Shown here: positions 50,213 through 64,000 of the stretch, piece after piece
How the letters are laid out: every line of letters begins with the position of its first letter
How positions within the stretch are numbered: the stretch's first letter is position 1
NCBI GenBank assembly: GCA_951406725.2
Contig: OX597815.1
Location: 71,424,001 to 71,488,000 of the forward strand
DNA from: Octopus vulgaris
Taxonomy: Eukaryota
Length of the DNA: 64,000 nt
Direction of reading: 5' to 3'
Notes under the pieces: model-generated
The model's database searches: none
Seen by the model: the letters and a program-made list of their open reading frames with translations, nothing else
What the model was told of the DNA's origin: nothing
Translations under genes and position numbers: made by a program

Positions 50213-53200
50213 TTATACTGTGAAATTTGATTTAATACTAAATCTAATGTTTCCCTGTTAGTTTGGAGCTATATTCCCTAATATTATTATTATTATTATA
50301 TATATATAACAAAACATTTGTAGAAACACAGTCACACATAAAGTATGTGACTATCTTCACACCTGAACTACACTTACACACTGATGAGCCACTATCCTAC
50401 AACATATTGCTTACAGTTGTAAAGATTAAATAAGGTCGAATTGTGAGACATCCTTACTCATAGCTGGTTCTCAAGCTTATAGGGAGAACAATTTTACCTT
50501 AACAACCATTATCATTATTGATATCATTTCTTTAGTGGAGTGGGTGTGGGTGTAATGTATTGCCAGTGTCAGACATAGAATCTGGTCTTAAGCATGACAA
50601 ATCCATACATGACACCTACTTTTAAAAACTCACCCAAATGGCTGTGAGCAAAGTATGATTTTCCCAATCAGTTGATGTATTACTTGGAAAATTAAGTTGC
50701 TATTTGCTGGAATGAACTCTCTCTTCTCTGCTTATATTGAGAAGTTAAGTAGCTGATTTAATGAGACAGAGGCCAGAAAGTTCAAACAGAACTTTATAAA
50801 GCAGGTTTTCTGTCTACAATGTAGATGAAGAATTAATAAAATTTAACAAGAACAGTGAGAAAACTAGCTGAAATCTACTACAAACTAATCTTATGCTTAA
50901 CTGATCGAATCTCAGCCAGGTTCCCTTTTACATATTTAAGAAAATTTACATATTTATTTTTTAACATCCCTAGTGGTATCACCACTGTTAACTTGTGGCA
51001 CCTCTTCTCGTTGGTATGCATTATTCATTTTCATTATATATTCATTTTCATTATATATCCGCATGTATACATTTACTCTGCATTTTCGTTTTAACACTCT
51101 TGTTTATCAAATATCATTAACTGAGAAGTCTTGGACATTGAGTCAAAAGTTCTAGTTGATGAGCCTTGTTTAACCATTTTAGTTCCTGACAGAAAACTAT
51201 TTCTATTATCTTTTCATTCACAGCCTGCACATCACTTGCCTTGCCATATTATCATCATTGTTCAATATCCATATTCCATATTGGCATGAGTTGGACATTG
51301 ATAATATTAATGAGTTACTTGAAGCTCCTTCATCTTCAATTACTATTTTGTAATCTTTACTCTTCTGCGAGCTGCTATATCCCTAAAGTAGAGAGCTGGT
51401 GGAATCATTAGCATGTTGGACAAAATAATTAACAACAATTCTTCTGGCTCTTTACATTCTGAGTTCAAATCCTGTCTAGGTTAGCTTTGCCTTTCATCTC
51501 TAAGTTTGATAAAGTAAAGTACCCATCATGTTCTGGAATTGATGTAATCAACTTGTTCCTTTTCCTCAAAGTTGTTGGCATTGAACCTTGCTACAGTCTC
51601 ATGTCTCATTCAGGGATAATGTTGTGATCTTAGTTGCTTACACACCATGGAAACCAAATAATGGCTGTATGTGTCCTGAGGCTCAAGAAAAAAAAATATA
51701 TTCCTAATTATAATCATAACCAGATAGTATTAATATCTTGCAATGGACAGCCTTGTTTCCATCTTGTTTTACCATTTTCTTGTTTTATTTTCCCCAAAAA
51801 ATAACACAATTTAATCTGGTTGAGTTATGATGCAAATTACTGCAGTTTTATTGCATTAGTCCTGCAGCCAGAGATGCATTGAGTTGTAAAAATCAAACAA
51901 AACAGTTTAGTGCTACAAATGTTGGTATTTTTCACTTGTTATATATGAGAAATTATGTAAATAACCGAAAGGTCGTGACATTTCTTAGTACATATCCTTT
52001 AAAACTTTCTTTTATTTTCTTACTTTCTTTCTCTTTGTTTTTGTTTCAGTTACATTTTCATCAGTAATTTTACTCTTTGTATTCATGAAGTAAGTTTCTG
52101 TGTTATCTCTGTTTGTCTGTCTTTGTGTTTGTGTATGTGTGTGTGTGCGCGCACACATATGAAACATAGTGAATTACAGTTTTCCTATCAGCCAGATGGA
52201 ATCCATTAAAGTGTTTTACTATTTCAACATTAGTCTGCAACAGGCTGATTCTAAAATTCATGACTGAAAGGAATAAAAGTTCTGCAATGATGCCATTTTA
52301 ATGTGTAATGGCAATATGGTGAAGGTGCCTATCTAGTGTAATAAGGATCACATGTTCATTATTTTACTCCTAGCTTCACGTTTTCCTTCTTGTTCTAATT
52401 AACCAATACCCTACGCAGATTACACTGAAGTGATTAATTTGTTTTACTTTTGCATCCGGAAAGGAAGCAGTGCCCATGTCCTATTACAGGGCCTCTGAAA
52501 CAGGTGGGAGGATGGAAGGAAGGTGTCTTCAAACTGGGGATCTGGCCCAAATACAATCTATTCAACAAACTTTCATATTGTTTCACTCAAATGGCTTGGA
52601 ATTGATCCAAAGCTTTGACAAAAGACACTTATCCGGGATGCCACACAGTGGAACTGAACCCAGAATGTCATAGTAGCAAAGTTAACTACTCAATCATGCC
52701 CGTACCATTTATTTTTACACACATGCATGTACATATGCACATGTGCACACACAGCAGGATGGAACCTGGGACCTCGTACTTGCAAATTTAACTTGTTAAC
52801 TACTCAATCTTGCCCATACCACTTATTTTATATGCAAGCTCATATACACTCACAGATAGACACATAGGTGTACACTTATACAAACACATGCATGTGCAAA
52901 CATGCACACACTTGCTCTCGCACACACAAGAATAATCTTGTAGAACCAATTTACCGATAGTAATACATCTTTGGTGAAACAAGTGAAGCGTTACAACAGA
53001 ATCCAACAGCAACATGTATCGCAGCAAGTCTGTATCTTCTCAGTTGCTGCCATATTTGGAGATGTGATGCTTCTCTGGAGACTAGTCTAGTTCACACCAA
53101 ATATATAACATCATTGATTCTTGAACAGCTTATCCATCCATTATCAACTGCATTCTTCATTCTTCTTCCATCAGACATAGAACAGGAATAAAAATTTTAA

Positions 53201-53928
53201 AAAATGGAAATAAAATTAGCACTGCAAGGACAGTTCCATTGATAAGAAAGGACGACTGTCCTGGAAAATATTGCCCAGAAAAGATTTCATTGTTATGCAG
53301 TGTGTATGTCTATGTATGTGTGTTTGTGTATCTGTGTTAATATTTATATGTTCAATGAATATGTATCAGAGTGCATGTGTGTGGCAGTTCTTTGGCAGTC
53401 ATTGTATGAATAGTCTCGGGTATCTAGTTACAGATACTAATTCATAATAGTCTTATGGGAAAATTCTAGCTGTATTTCTTTTATCATCATCTTGTTATTT
53501 TCTGTATCAGGTTTTCTTGTTCATTTATTATTATTGTTGTTGTTGTTCTCTCTCCTCAAACCCTCATCCTACAATAGACCCACCACATTTACTGAAATTT
53601 GATCTCTGCTCTGAGAATTGCAAAGGTGAAGTAAAACAATTTGATAACAGATTAGACCATATGACACTGCTATGGTTTTTGTCCATCTTTTGGTCAAGAC
53701 ACTTAATTCTATATGGCTATGAATCTATATGATTAAGAAGGTCACTTCCACAGTGGGACAACGGGACTTCAGATTCAGTCCCACTTGGGCATTTCATTTC
53801 TAATATGCCCCTTCCCCCACAGTCAACCTCTGCCTTGTTAGTGAATTTAGTAGCTGGAAGTTGTGTAGAAGCCTAGCATGTGTGTGTATGTGTATAATCA
53901 TCATTTAATGTTCATGTTCCATGCTGGC

Positions 53929-53973
53929 ATGGGTCAGATAGTTTGACAGATCCTGTCAAACTATCTGACCCAT
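53929..53973. repeat. Perfect 21-bp hairpin with a 3-nt loop at the end of an RTE-tail copy
   Basis: ATGGGTCAGATAGTTTGACAG-ATC-CTGTCAAACTATCTGACCCAT. Confidence 0.92.
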
Positions 53974-54194
53974 CTAAGGACTACATATACACCACACACA
54001 CACTAATATTGAACAACGAGAATGAGTGCTCAACATTACATTAGTGGCTAAAAATGTTTTGTGTAGAAGTTAAGGCTACCATTGGTTTCATGTTAAGGGG
54101 GGGGTCCTCAACAATTATCAAGCCTATCACATGGAACATTGGTGTTCGTTTCTGTTTTGGACTAAAACACTAATATGTATATGTATGTATATAT

Positions 54195-54245
<51 letters not shown>

Positions 54246-55538
54246 TCATCATTTTGATGTTGACTTTTCCATACTTGCATGAATCAAACAGAGTTTATTG
54301 AGGTAAATTTTCTACACCTGTTTCCAGGCAAGGTAATATTTCTCTATGGCCAGACATGTTTACGCAGTCTATTTGAGGTTCTTTCATAATAACTGAGTAT
54401 GTATTTATAATGTGTCTCCAGGTGTATGTTTAGGATATATACAATAATGTAAGAATTGTAAAATATATTATCTGATATAGAACTTAATACACAGGGTAGA
54501 GTGGATAGATATATTTATTACATCAAAAGTTGACAGTCTACTCAGAGTTTCATCCAGAGATTGACTATTCATGGCAGTCGTAAACAGCCTATTGTGTGTA
54601 TGGGCGTTTGTGTGTGTGTCTGAAGGATCTTTAAGTGTATGCATGTGTATTGTGTATGTTTGGGGTATATACTTATGTATGTATAAGAATGTATAAGGTA
54701 TGTCTCCAGTTGTGTACCTATATATTTTGTATGTTTGGGATATACATTTGTGTGTATTGTGTTTGTTTGGGTGTCTGTTTTTGCATTTGCATATATGTCT
54801 TTTGTAGTATGTAAGGAAGTGTATTTACACTTAAGTGTCTTAAAGAATGTATTTTCGCTTCTGTTTCGGTTTCATGTTCTTCCTTGATGGGACTGGGGTC
54901 ATTCCAAGTTAGTGTCACCCTATGTAGAGCTGACTGGGTCTACTAGTGCTCTCCATCACTGGTGGCCCTGTGTCAGCCCCTCTGCATCCTCCAAGGTAAT
55001 GTCGAGCCTCTGAAGATGTATTTTCAGAAAATGTTTATATATCTGTGTATTGAAGTGTATGTGTTATGATGGCAGTGCAAAAAAAAAAAAATATGGCCAA
55101 CACAAGTAAGGATTTGACTATATTGTTCCATGTTTACATGAATATTTTTCAATAATAAAATTTAAGTAATTCTATTGTTTATTACTTTTCTGTAAGCCAA
55201 ATATGAAATTTATAACACTGTAGTATTGATGATGATGGTACTACTACTACTACTAATAATAATAACAATAATGATGATGATCATGATGATGATAATATAT
55301 GCCTGTAGCAATATGTGTTATGTATTAATTTTTCTTGGAGGAAAAATTTATGAGAAATCTGATGTTTTCATGAGTCATGAGCATATTTTTAATAATTTTT
55401 TTATTAGTGTGGGTGGGAAAGAGAAGACAACACAAAAATCACACACACTCACTCACGGACGGACTCCCCCCCCTCTCTCTCTCTATCTCTCACCATTTGT
55501 TTTTCAATGAAAAGTATTTTATTTCTGAATTTGTATGC

Positions 55539-55571
<33 letters not shown>

Positions 55572-56475
55572 GGTTGTAGTTGTTGATACCATTATTTTAA
55601 GATCTAATGTTGTTTTGATTATCTTCCTTGATGTGTGGTGATGAGTGGGGAGAAGAAAGGTAGAAGTTTATTGGGTTTGATTACATGTTGCTTGAGGTTA
55701 TTATGACTTTTCCAGTTATAAAGAAATCAAATCATCATCATCATCATTGCTATTGTCAATAATATCACCTTGTATCTATCTCCTGCTACCCCACCCCCAC
55801 CCCTCAAGTTTGCAAGTGTTTGGAAATAGGTCCTGCCCAGTTACAATTGCTGCTACATCAAACTGTATTGCAGGTATGATATATCTGATTGTAATGTCAT
55901 TATTATCACCGTCATCAATGTATTACTCTCAATCATCATCAAAAGTCAATATGAGAGTTTCTCATATGGTAAATACTGCAGTATAGATTGTTTAAATAGA
56001 ACATCCATGGGGATAAGTATTATCTCTCAGGTGCCTCCGTCAGTAATATATATTTTTTTGACAAACTAACTGGCTAATTATGACACCACTACTTGTTCTG
56101 GCACTGATTTTCTATATATTGCTGGCAAGGCGATGAGTTGCTGCTATCTCTAGTGGTCAAACATTCATCATTGACAAAACCAAGGAAGGTTGGAATCACA
56201 AAATCTGGTGTTCTCAATGCTGGAGATTGTGGGAATTTATCTCCCAGCTAGTGATATAAACAACTGTGAATTTTGCATCAAAAGCCCATCTGAGAGTTTC
56301 CCTCATGATATTTACCACAGTATAGTTTTTCCTAATAGAATATCCACATTTAAGTGAGGATAAATATTACCATTTTTTGTCATTTTATAATTTTTGAATA
56401 CTTGCATAAGACTGTGACCAAATTTAATTGGTAGGTTGTGTTCTGTTGCTGTACTAAGTGTACCGATAAGAAACA

Positions 56476-56671
56476 TACCATATTTGATGATGTATAAGAT
56501 GCACTTTTTTTTCTCTAAAGTATCTCATAAAATCACCCTGGGTCCTATACACAATGTTGGGCCTATATCACATGCTTTAATACACCAAAAACTTGTTTTC
56601 CTGTTCATGAACAGCTGAAATTGTGGTGCATCTTGTATACCTGTGTGTCTATTATGTTATGAGATACAGTA
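56476..56671. mobile_element. pogo/Tigger-like MITE
   Basis: TA|CCATATTT..TGTATAAGATGCAC ... GTGCATCTTGTATAC..GATACAG|TA. Confidence 0.5.
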
Positions 56672-57914
56672 ATACAATATATTGTTACAGTATGGCTAAA
56701 TGGTTAAGAAGCTTACTTTGCAACAAAATACCTTGTGTTATCTGTGCTAGCTCTTTACATTCTCAGTTTAAATCCTGCCAAGTTCGACTATGCCTTTCAT
56801 CCCCAAAGATTAACAAAATAAAGTACCAATCTAGTACTGTGAGACTCAAGCGTATCAACTAACCCTTCCCTTCAAAATTGCTTAAAATGAGAAACCATTA
56901 TCTTGAGAAACCAGTGTCATCATCATCATCATCATTATTATTGTTGCTTAAGTGCATTTTATCTGTGTTTATGTTCATGGTTCAAATTTCACCAAGGTTG
57001 ACTTTGCCTTTCATCCTTTTGGGGTTGATAAAACAAGTACCAGTTGAACACTGGGGTCAATGTAATTGACTTATCCCCTCCCACGAAATTGCTGGCCTTG
57101 TGCTAAAATTTGAAACCGTTATAATTTTCATGGCAGGTAGAACACTGGATGTAACAAGGTAGATAATAGGCCAGACCATACTTTTTGTGTGTGTGAATTT
57201 AAATCCCTTGAATTTCAACTTTGTCTTTCATCTATCCAGAAGTCAATAAAATACATACCAATAATAAACTATGATTAAATTAATCAGCTCTACTTTCCTT
57301 TCTCAAAAAACGAAATTTGTTCTGCTTATTGGTTGGTTATTTTGTTCTTTTGTGTTGTTGAGCATGTAAGTACCCTGTGAACAGGGTATGCAATTTTTTT
57401 TCCTTTATTTTTTCTCTGTCAGCTGCTATAATTCTGTCCAAAGAAATACATGATGTTAATTACTTTTATATATAAAAAAAGGGGGAGAATATCAAAGGGG
57501 AAGGTAGATTTAGATATTTATTTTTCAATTTTGTGTTTCATTTCAACTGTCGAAAAATTATTTTAGGCAAGACTTTTTAGTGAAATCATTAAATTGTAGC
57601 ATCTCAAGCAAAAAATCAAAACAAAAACAAACGAAATTATATAGCTTGCTGTCAAGCAACTTGGATTCTGTTCAGGCATGGTTATATGATTGAGAAACTT
57701 GCTTCTCAGCATCATGGTATCTGATTCAGTCTCAGTGAGTGGCATCTTGAGCAAGTGTCTTCTACTACAGACTAAAGCTGACTATAGCCTTGTCAGTGGA
57801 TTTGGCAGGTAGAAACTGAAAGAAGTCCATTGTGTGTATGTGTGTGTGTGTCTCTCTCCTTGTCTTGATGTTGTGTGATTGTTATGATTGAATATCATTC
57901 ATCTACAATATTCT

Positions 57915-58140
57915 TTAACCCTTTGGTATTTAAACCAACCATATCCAGCCCAAATACTCTGCCTGTTTTATGTTCAAACTAGTTAGAACTGACCTTTCAT
58001 ACCTACCCTACAATGTCATTCCAAAAATATATTACCACATTACTGAAATCTCGAAGTTGGAAGATAATAGTTGGATTAATTCAAAACAATGTGAATAAAT
58101 AAACATATTTGATATAGTATTCTGAATGCTAAAGGGTTAA
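57915..58140. mobile_element. TTAA-flanked MITE nested in a family A SINE
   Basis: TTAA|CCCTTTGGTATT..AATGCTAAAGGG|TTAA. The SINE body resumes at 58141. Confidence 0.8.
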
Positions 58141-59201
58141 AAGACGTGTCAGGGTATGGGGAAATATTACATTGCTTGGAAACTAGTAAAGGTTGATGAC
58201 AGGAAGGGCACCCAAGCATAGTAAATCTGCCTTGATAAATTCTGTGCAACCCATGCAAGCATGGGAAAGTGGACATAAAAATGATGATGATGATGATGAT
58301 TTTTAGTGATACCACCTTGTCTTCATTTGGAAAGAGTTAAACAATAGAATTTATGAATAACAAGTCCATATTGATTTGAACATTGTCATTGAAAGAGAAT
58401 TCAAAGCTTCAGACTAACAATGTCTTAACAGGAGCAATTTTTAGAACTGTCTGCCACTCTAGCAATTTGGTCTAATGATTAGCACCCACTTGTCTTGTTT
58501 TGTGTAATTGTAAAGACTATTTCTGTACACACACTTCATTCCACCTGCTTCATTCCTGAGTTCAGTCTTCTTGCTCCTTTATACTCCTCCTCCACTTTAT
58601 ACTCTATTCCTTTAAGTGAGTTAAGATTGTTATAACTGTATATCAAGTGAAAATATAATTATGAGAAAAAGAGAAGAGAGAGAGAGTGAGAGACTGACTG
58701 ATGTTTAAGTGAACTGGATCAGTTGAAAAGTATTTGAATCAATTACAAAACCTTGTTAGTGTCAATTACCCACACTCACTTCATGTCTAATATATATGAT
58801 GATAATTGAAGTGGTTTTATAATTTTTAGGGTCTTTTAACCTTAAAATATTGTTAGCATAGGTAGTAGTAGACTACTGCTTTTGCTTAGATGTCTATTGT
58901 AGCCAGCCTACTGTTTCCACCAACAGTCTTGTGTACACTTTGATGCTTTTAGAGTCCCATGCAGGAACCACAAATATTTACTGCAGTTGAAACATGGGTA
59001 TGCAAGCAGTTATGTGACATACCTGGATGGGTATCTGTCACCTGTGTCTTCTTTGATTTCCACTGATTCTTCTCTTGATTTCCAGTTGCTTCACTGGATG
59101 ACAGCTGAGGTGTTGTCAGTTATTAGAGTTGACAGCAATAGCTCCTTGGTTTTCACTGCATTGTTGCACTTGGTCAAAGCAATTTTCAGTTGTTTGTAAT
59201 C

Positions 59202-59520
59202 CTTTTGTTACTAAATTTGTATTAAATTACACTGCTTTCATTTCAGTTAATTTAGGAAATAATGAATTTAGAAAAATAACCTTGTCATTATTAAGCTTGT
59301 GTTTAGAACAGAAATTTACATGAAGTTTTAATGGAAGATTTTAATTTAGATCATTTCGACACTTTTGTTACTATATTTCTTTTGAACTACACTGCTTTTG
59401 TTTCAATTAATTTTGAATATAATGAAGAATTTAGTGAAATAATTTTATCATTATTAAGCTGGTGTTTGGAACATAAATTAACATGAAGTTTCAAAGGCAA
59501 GTTTCAAGTTAAATCACTTT
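59202..59520. repeat. Two diverged tandem ~160-bp units
   Basis: CTTTTGTTACTA..ACACTGCTTT..TCATTATTAAGCT..ACATGAAGTTT occurs at about 59202 and 59362. Confidence 0.75.
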
Positions 59521-59584
59521 AAGGCAGCAAGTTTACATTGTAGTATCAAAACAGTTAACTCCCTTCTCTTGATCTGTTTCTCAT

Positions 59585-59890
59585 ATTATGTTTAGGATAG
59601 AATTACAGAAACCTATCCAGTGCCTTTTGATTTTACTAAAGGGGAATCAGGATTGGTTTCAGGATTTAGTGTAAAGTATGGATCACTTGGATCTGCATTA
59701 ATATTTATAGCTGAGAATGGAAACATTATATTTAGAACATTTTTATGTGGCACATTATTTTTAGGCAGAGTTTTGATAAGTAGATATGAATTAATAATGT
59801 TGCTAATTTGGGGTTATTAAAGGTTTTGTTTGTTTGAAATTGTGCAAGCTAAGCTGCTTTACAAGATTATGTACAATTATTGAGGGGCAT
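59585..59890 (+). pseudogene. ND1: Nuclear mitochondrial insertion (NUMT) of NADH dehydrogenase subunit 1
   Basis: [38 protein letters not shown] (invertebrate mitochondrial code) matches the ND1 signature PFDxxEGESELVSGFNVEY..FMAEY. Degraded on both sides. Confidence 0.85.
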
Positions 59891-60492
59891 TCATTTAACA
59901 TATCCAAACTGGCACAATTAATATTAAGTGATTATAGAATCAATTCTTTGGCAGATGGCAAGAATCTCAATGTAAGGTACCAATAATCTTACCTGGGTAT
60001 AATTGTATAGAGGTATCCATTCACAAGACTGTGTTCTGGATACCCTTATATGGAACTGTGTAAGTACCCTTCAGTGTGACTTGTAGATAAGTTAGGCTCG
60101 AGGCAGTAAGTTTGATATGGAGATGGATATTTTTCTACACATACACAATCTTCACAACTTTTTTTAAAGTACTTATGGGCAAGAACCTTATTTAGCTGTT
60201 TCCATTAACCACCTAACATACATATTGCTCTGTCAAATGTAATACTTATTTATTCACATTGTTTTGAATTACTCACGCACTATCTTGTAGCTTTGGGAGT
60301 TCAATGGGGTGATTGTTATTTTTAGAATGACATTGTGGGGCAGGTGTGAGAGGCAAGATCTGGCCAGTTTGAACATAAAACAAGTAGAATATTTGGGCCA
60401 GATATGGTTGGTTTAAATGCTTGAGTCAACACAGCTGATGGATTGACTCTGTGTAAAAATTCTTCTTTCCTTTCCTTTCTCTCTCTCACTTA

Positions 60493-60536
<44 letters not shown>

Positions 60537-61555
60537 CGTGTTTCAATGTTAGTTTTATTTGGCAACATGGCTGTTAATTCCCTTCTGCCATTCCTATAAC
60601 TATCCTGTGGGCTGAAAGTTTCTGGCTGTTTGCCTGTCTGATTTTCTCTTTGCTTCTGTCTCCCCTTCCACAAAAGAAATATTTCAAAATTATATATCCA
60701 TAATTATTGGTGCATGTCATAATATATTACCATTCTTTTGTCTTTGAATCTACCCCAGTTGTATTATGAGCCTCCACTTATTTCTTACATCCCCTTTACT
60801 GCTACTAGAAGTCTCACTGCCATTACCCTTACATTATACCTCCATTATCAAATTCATCTCTACCGCCTCCTCACTATAAACCTTCAGTCCCAGTGCTGTA
60901 GTTTAGAAATAATGATAACTTCTCTTTTGAAAATTTGCTGTTAAGTCCACAGGGAGTGAGGTACTCCTCAGCTTTTTGTTAAGGCATGTCTCTAAGGGAA
61001 GGTACTACTGTGTCCACAGCTACACTGGTGGTATATAAGTGGACAGACAGGATCTGGGCTGGCAGTCTGGGCTTAGCAGTTAGATCAGAAAAAGGATGTT
61101 TCCAAGTATAAACCCTCACTGTCTCTCAGTGCAAGTGAAGAGCTGAAGGCTAAGGGAGTCAACCCTGAGACTAAACTGGGTCAGAAGAGGACTTCAAGCC
61201 CATTAGTCCTGTTCATCCTAAAGAGGACAATTGAAAGTACACACACACACACACACTGCAGTGGTGATACTTGTTGTGTTCCAATGTTTATTGTGTTTTT
61301 AACACAAGTCTATAAAGAGATTTTTATCTCAGACAATTACACACCATTTTGCCTTCTGACAGTGTATATACATCTAGTCTGATACACAGATGCAATATGT
61401 GTGTGTGGTGTGTGTGTGTCTATTTTCATTGTACACATGCATCCCTTACTGTTTTTTTTTTCATATTTCTATGCTTTCACAGTGCTATGTGTTTTGCTTA
61501 CCTCATTTCATGCATTGTTTCATGCTTATCTCACAATCATACTCATTTTGTTTTA

Positions 61556-61593
<38 letters not shown>

Positions 61594-62497
61594 GATGATG
61601 ATGATGATGATGGTGATGGTGATGATGATGATGGTGGTGGTGGTGGTGGTGGTGATGGTGGTGGTGGTGGTGGTAGCTCAGTTTTGAGCTAAGTCATTAC
61701 TTGAATCTGCTCTTAAATAAGAGTAGTTTGGATGTGGCTTTTCAACTCTGCCAGGGACCAACACACTTTTGCACCAAAAACATAGCAATGATGAGCAACT
61801 CTTACAGCAGGTATTCAGAGAGCTTACCTACCATACTGACATATGCCATCATTCTCTCACGGAATTTTTCATTGAGTGTTTTGCATTTTCCAGCTACTAT
61901 CAGCCATATGCAATACATAACAGTGATGTGAAAAACCAAGTGATGCCTATGCCTGAAGCTTTATTATAAAGTGAGGAAAGGTCTTGTACAGGGCCAGTCC
62001 CACTTTCTAAACAAGAACTAGTCAACATCATTAGATGCAGACAAAATCACAAGTGTTACATCAGTTTTCCTCCTCTAAAAGAGATGTCTAAACAAAGATT
62101 CAGGGTTTCTCACTCCCAGCTGTTAGATAGATGGTCTTCTGCTTGGAAGCTATTTTGTTAGGTTAATGCAGTTGATATCTGTACAGGATTTGACATATGT
62201 TGTAGTTGTGTGTCAGTATTTAAAGCTAGACGTTAAAAAAATTAGAATCTTGTCTGATCAAATGCATGAAACATTTACTTACTGCTAGTTGTAGGTAATA
62301 AATAGATAAACAGACATTAAAAAAAAATTATGACATAAAGAGGATTTCCTCAAAAGAAGCAGAATAAAAATGATAATGATGGTGGTGATAATGATGATTC
62401 TTTCGAAATAAAGTAAATAAATAAAAATCAACATTGCAAAGATATTTTCAGCTTAAACAGATACACTCCAACCATCTCCATGATCTGTAAATGAAAA

Positions 62498-62543
<46 letters not shown>

Positions 62544-64000
62544 CACATGTGTTCTATTAAAAGAAAGGATGGCATTGTGCGAGCATGTTTATCATTGTTA
62601 AACCCAAATATCATTGCCTTCTTGCCAACTACCATTCCAATGATAATTTGACAAGCTCCTTCTTCATCTCATTCCATCTCTTCAGTATTTGTATGATTTT
62701 TTTTTTTCCTTTTTCTTTTTCGGTGTCTGTTTTGCCTAATTTTCTGAGATGTGCATATCAAGATCTACCATTCCTAGCATGCTGCATAATTTTATTTTTT
62801 TGTTTTATTTTATTTTTCTTGTTCAGCATTTATTATGCACTTTTATTTTCCATCCCATTCCTTGCAGCTTTCTCGCTCCTCTTTCTTCCTCTCTTCCTAC
62901 ACTTCCTCTACCTTTCCTCTCTCTCAATTGTCTCTCCTGCTTCTCCCCCTCTACTGTTTTTCTCTCAATCACCTTTCTCCCCCTCTCCTCTTCTCATCTC
63001 TCTCCAGTCTCTTCCTACCTCTCTCTCTTCCCCCTTCCCTCTCTCTCTTTCCCTCACACACACATGCTCATTAGTTGTCAATAAGGTGTCCAATGTGTAG
63101 TGAACATGCAGTGTTGAATATCTGGTGAACAATAAAACACCATGTTAAGATGTCTAGAGATAATTTAGAAAGTCTGCTGGAAATTTTGCTGAGTAATAAA
63201 AGGAACAGTGTTGGAAATCTGCTGGACAGTAAACTTAAATGGATGACATAGAGTTGTGTGTATACACCAGGAGCAGCTATTAGTTTATTGTTTCTGTTTT
63301 GTTGTCATGACTACATGTTAACCCTTTGATGAGATTCAAATTCCTGGCAACTAATGCCACTATACATCAGTACTGGATCCATAGTAGTGATATATATATA
63401 TACATACACACACACACACACTACATACATACATACACTCACTCTCATTATATATCATCATTATTTAATGTCCACTTTTCCATACTTTCATGGATCAGAT
63501 GGATTTTCTTGAGGCAGATTTTCTATGGTTTGATGTTCTTCCTGTCTCCAGCCCTCACCTGTTTTCAAGCAAGGTAATATTTCCTCATGGCCAGACATGT
63601 TTTTGGAATGAATGACATTGCTTGTATAACAGTAACACTCATTTACAACTATCACTATCACACAGTGTTAAGACAAGGCGACACAAACATACACACACTC
63701 ACACACACATACATACATACATGCGTGCACACACACATAATTACATACCAACAAATTTGAAAAAAAAATAGAAATACTTGGTTCCTCGGAGAATGAGCAA
63801 AAGAAATTGACACAGATTCTCCGGTTTGTTAGACATTACAAAAATTCTCCACCTGAATAGATGTACACACTTGGGTGTATGCTTCGACAGTTCACCAAAC
63901 ATACCAACTTAACCGCATATTTACAAACACTGGGACCTCTTTTAGCACAAAAATTCTTGCAATCCAAATTCAAAAAGTCTTGTTACTTTGTTAGTGATCA

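Noticed and set aside
50372-50450. CUGAUGA-GCC..GGUCGAAU hammerhead candidate
   Set aside because: There is no intact GAAA and no room for helix III or UH. At best it is a deleted relic.
55005-55040. CUGAAGA-UG..CA-GAAA-AUGU-UU hammerhead candidate
   Set aside because: No helix I pairing is present.
58900-59199. 70-aa ORF as a host exon
   Set aside because: It has no recognisable domain or convincing splice sites and may be decayed LINE sequence.
63770-64000. Complex sequence at the window end (THLGVCFD-like motif)
   Set aside because: All + frames contain stops and the fragment is too short to classify.

Overview
This is AT-rich eukaryotic non-coding DNA made almost entirely of microsatellites and transposon relics. 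It is most likely intergenic or intronic sequence from an octopus or other coleoid (inference from the SINE/LINE landscape and an ND1 NUMT that reads in the invertebrate mitochondrial code). No host protein-coding gene is recognisable, and most track ORFs are microsatellite artefacts. Recognisable elements are a near-intact DD37D (maT) transposon, two mariner relics, a Tc1-like fragment, and a young 5'-truncated RTE LINE with a PHD-like finger inside its RT. There are also a BovB-like RTE fragment, three Penelope-like (GIY-YIG) relics, many tRNA-derived SINEs sharing the RTE 3' tail, TTAA/hAT/pogo-type MITEs and Helitron-like repeats. The main finding is eight minimal type-I hammerhead ribozyme motifs, read by eye, mostly in Penelope-type 3' regions or inverted ends. 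Their core 3-8 tertiary pair occurs as C-G (canonical), G-C (two unrelated elements) and A-U (two copies), and seven of the eight have a palindromic or near-palindromic short helix III suited to dimeric cleavage. None of these motifs has been tested for activity.
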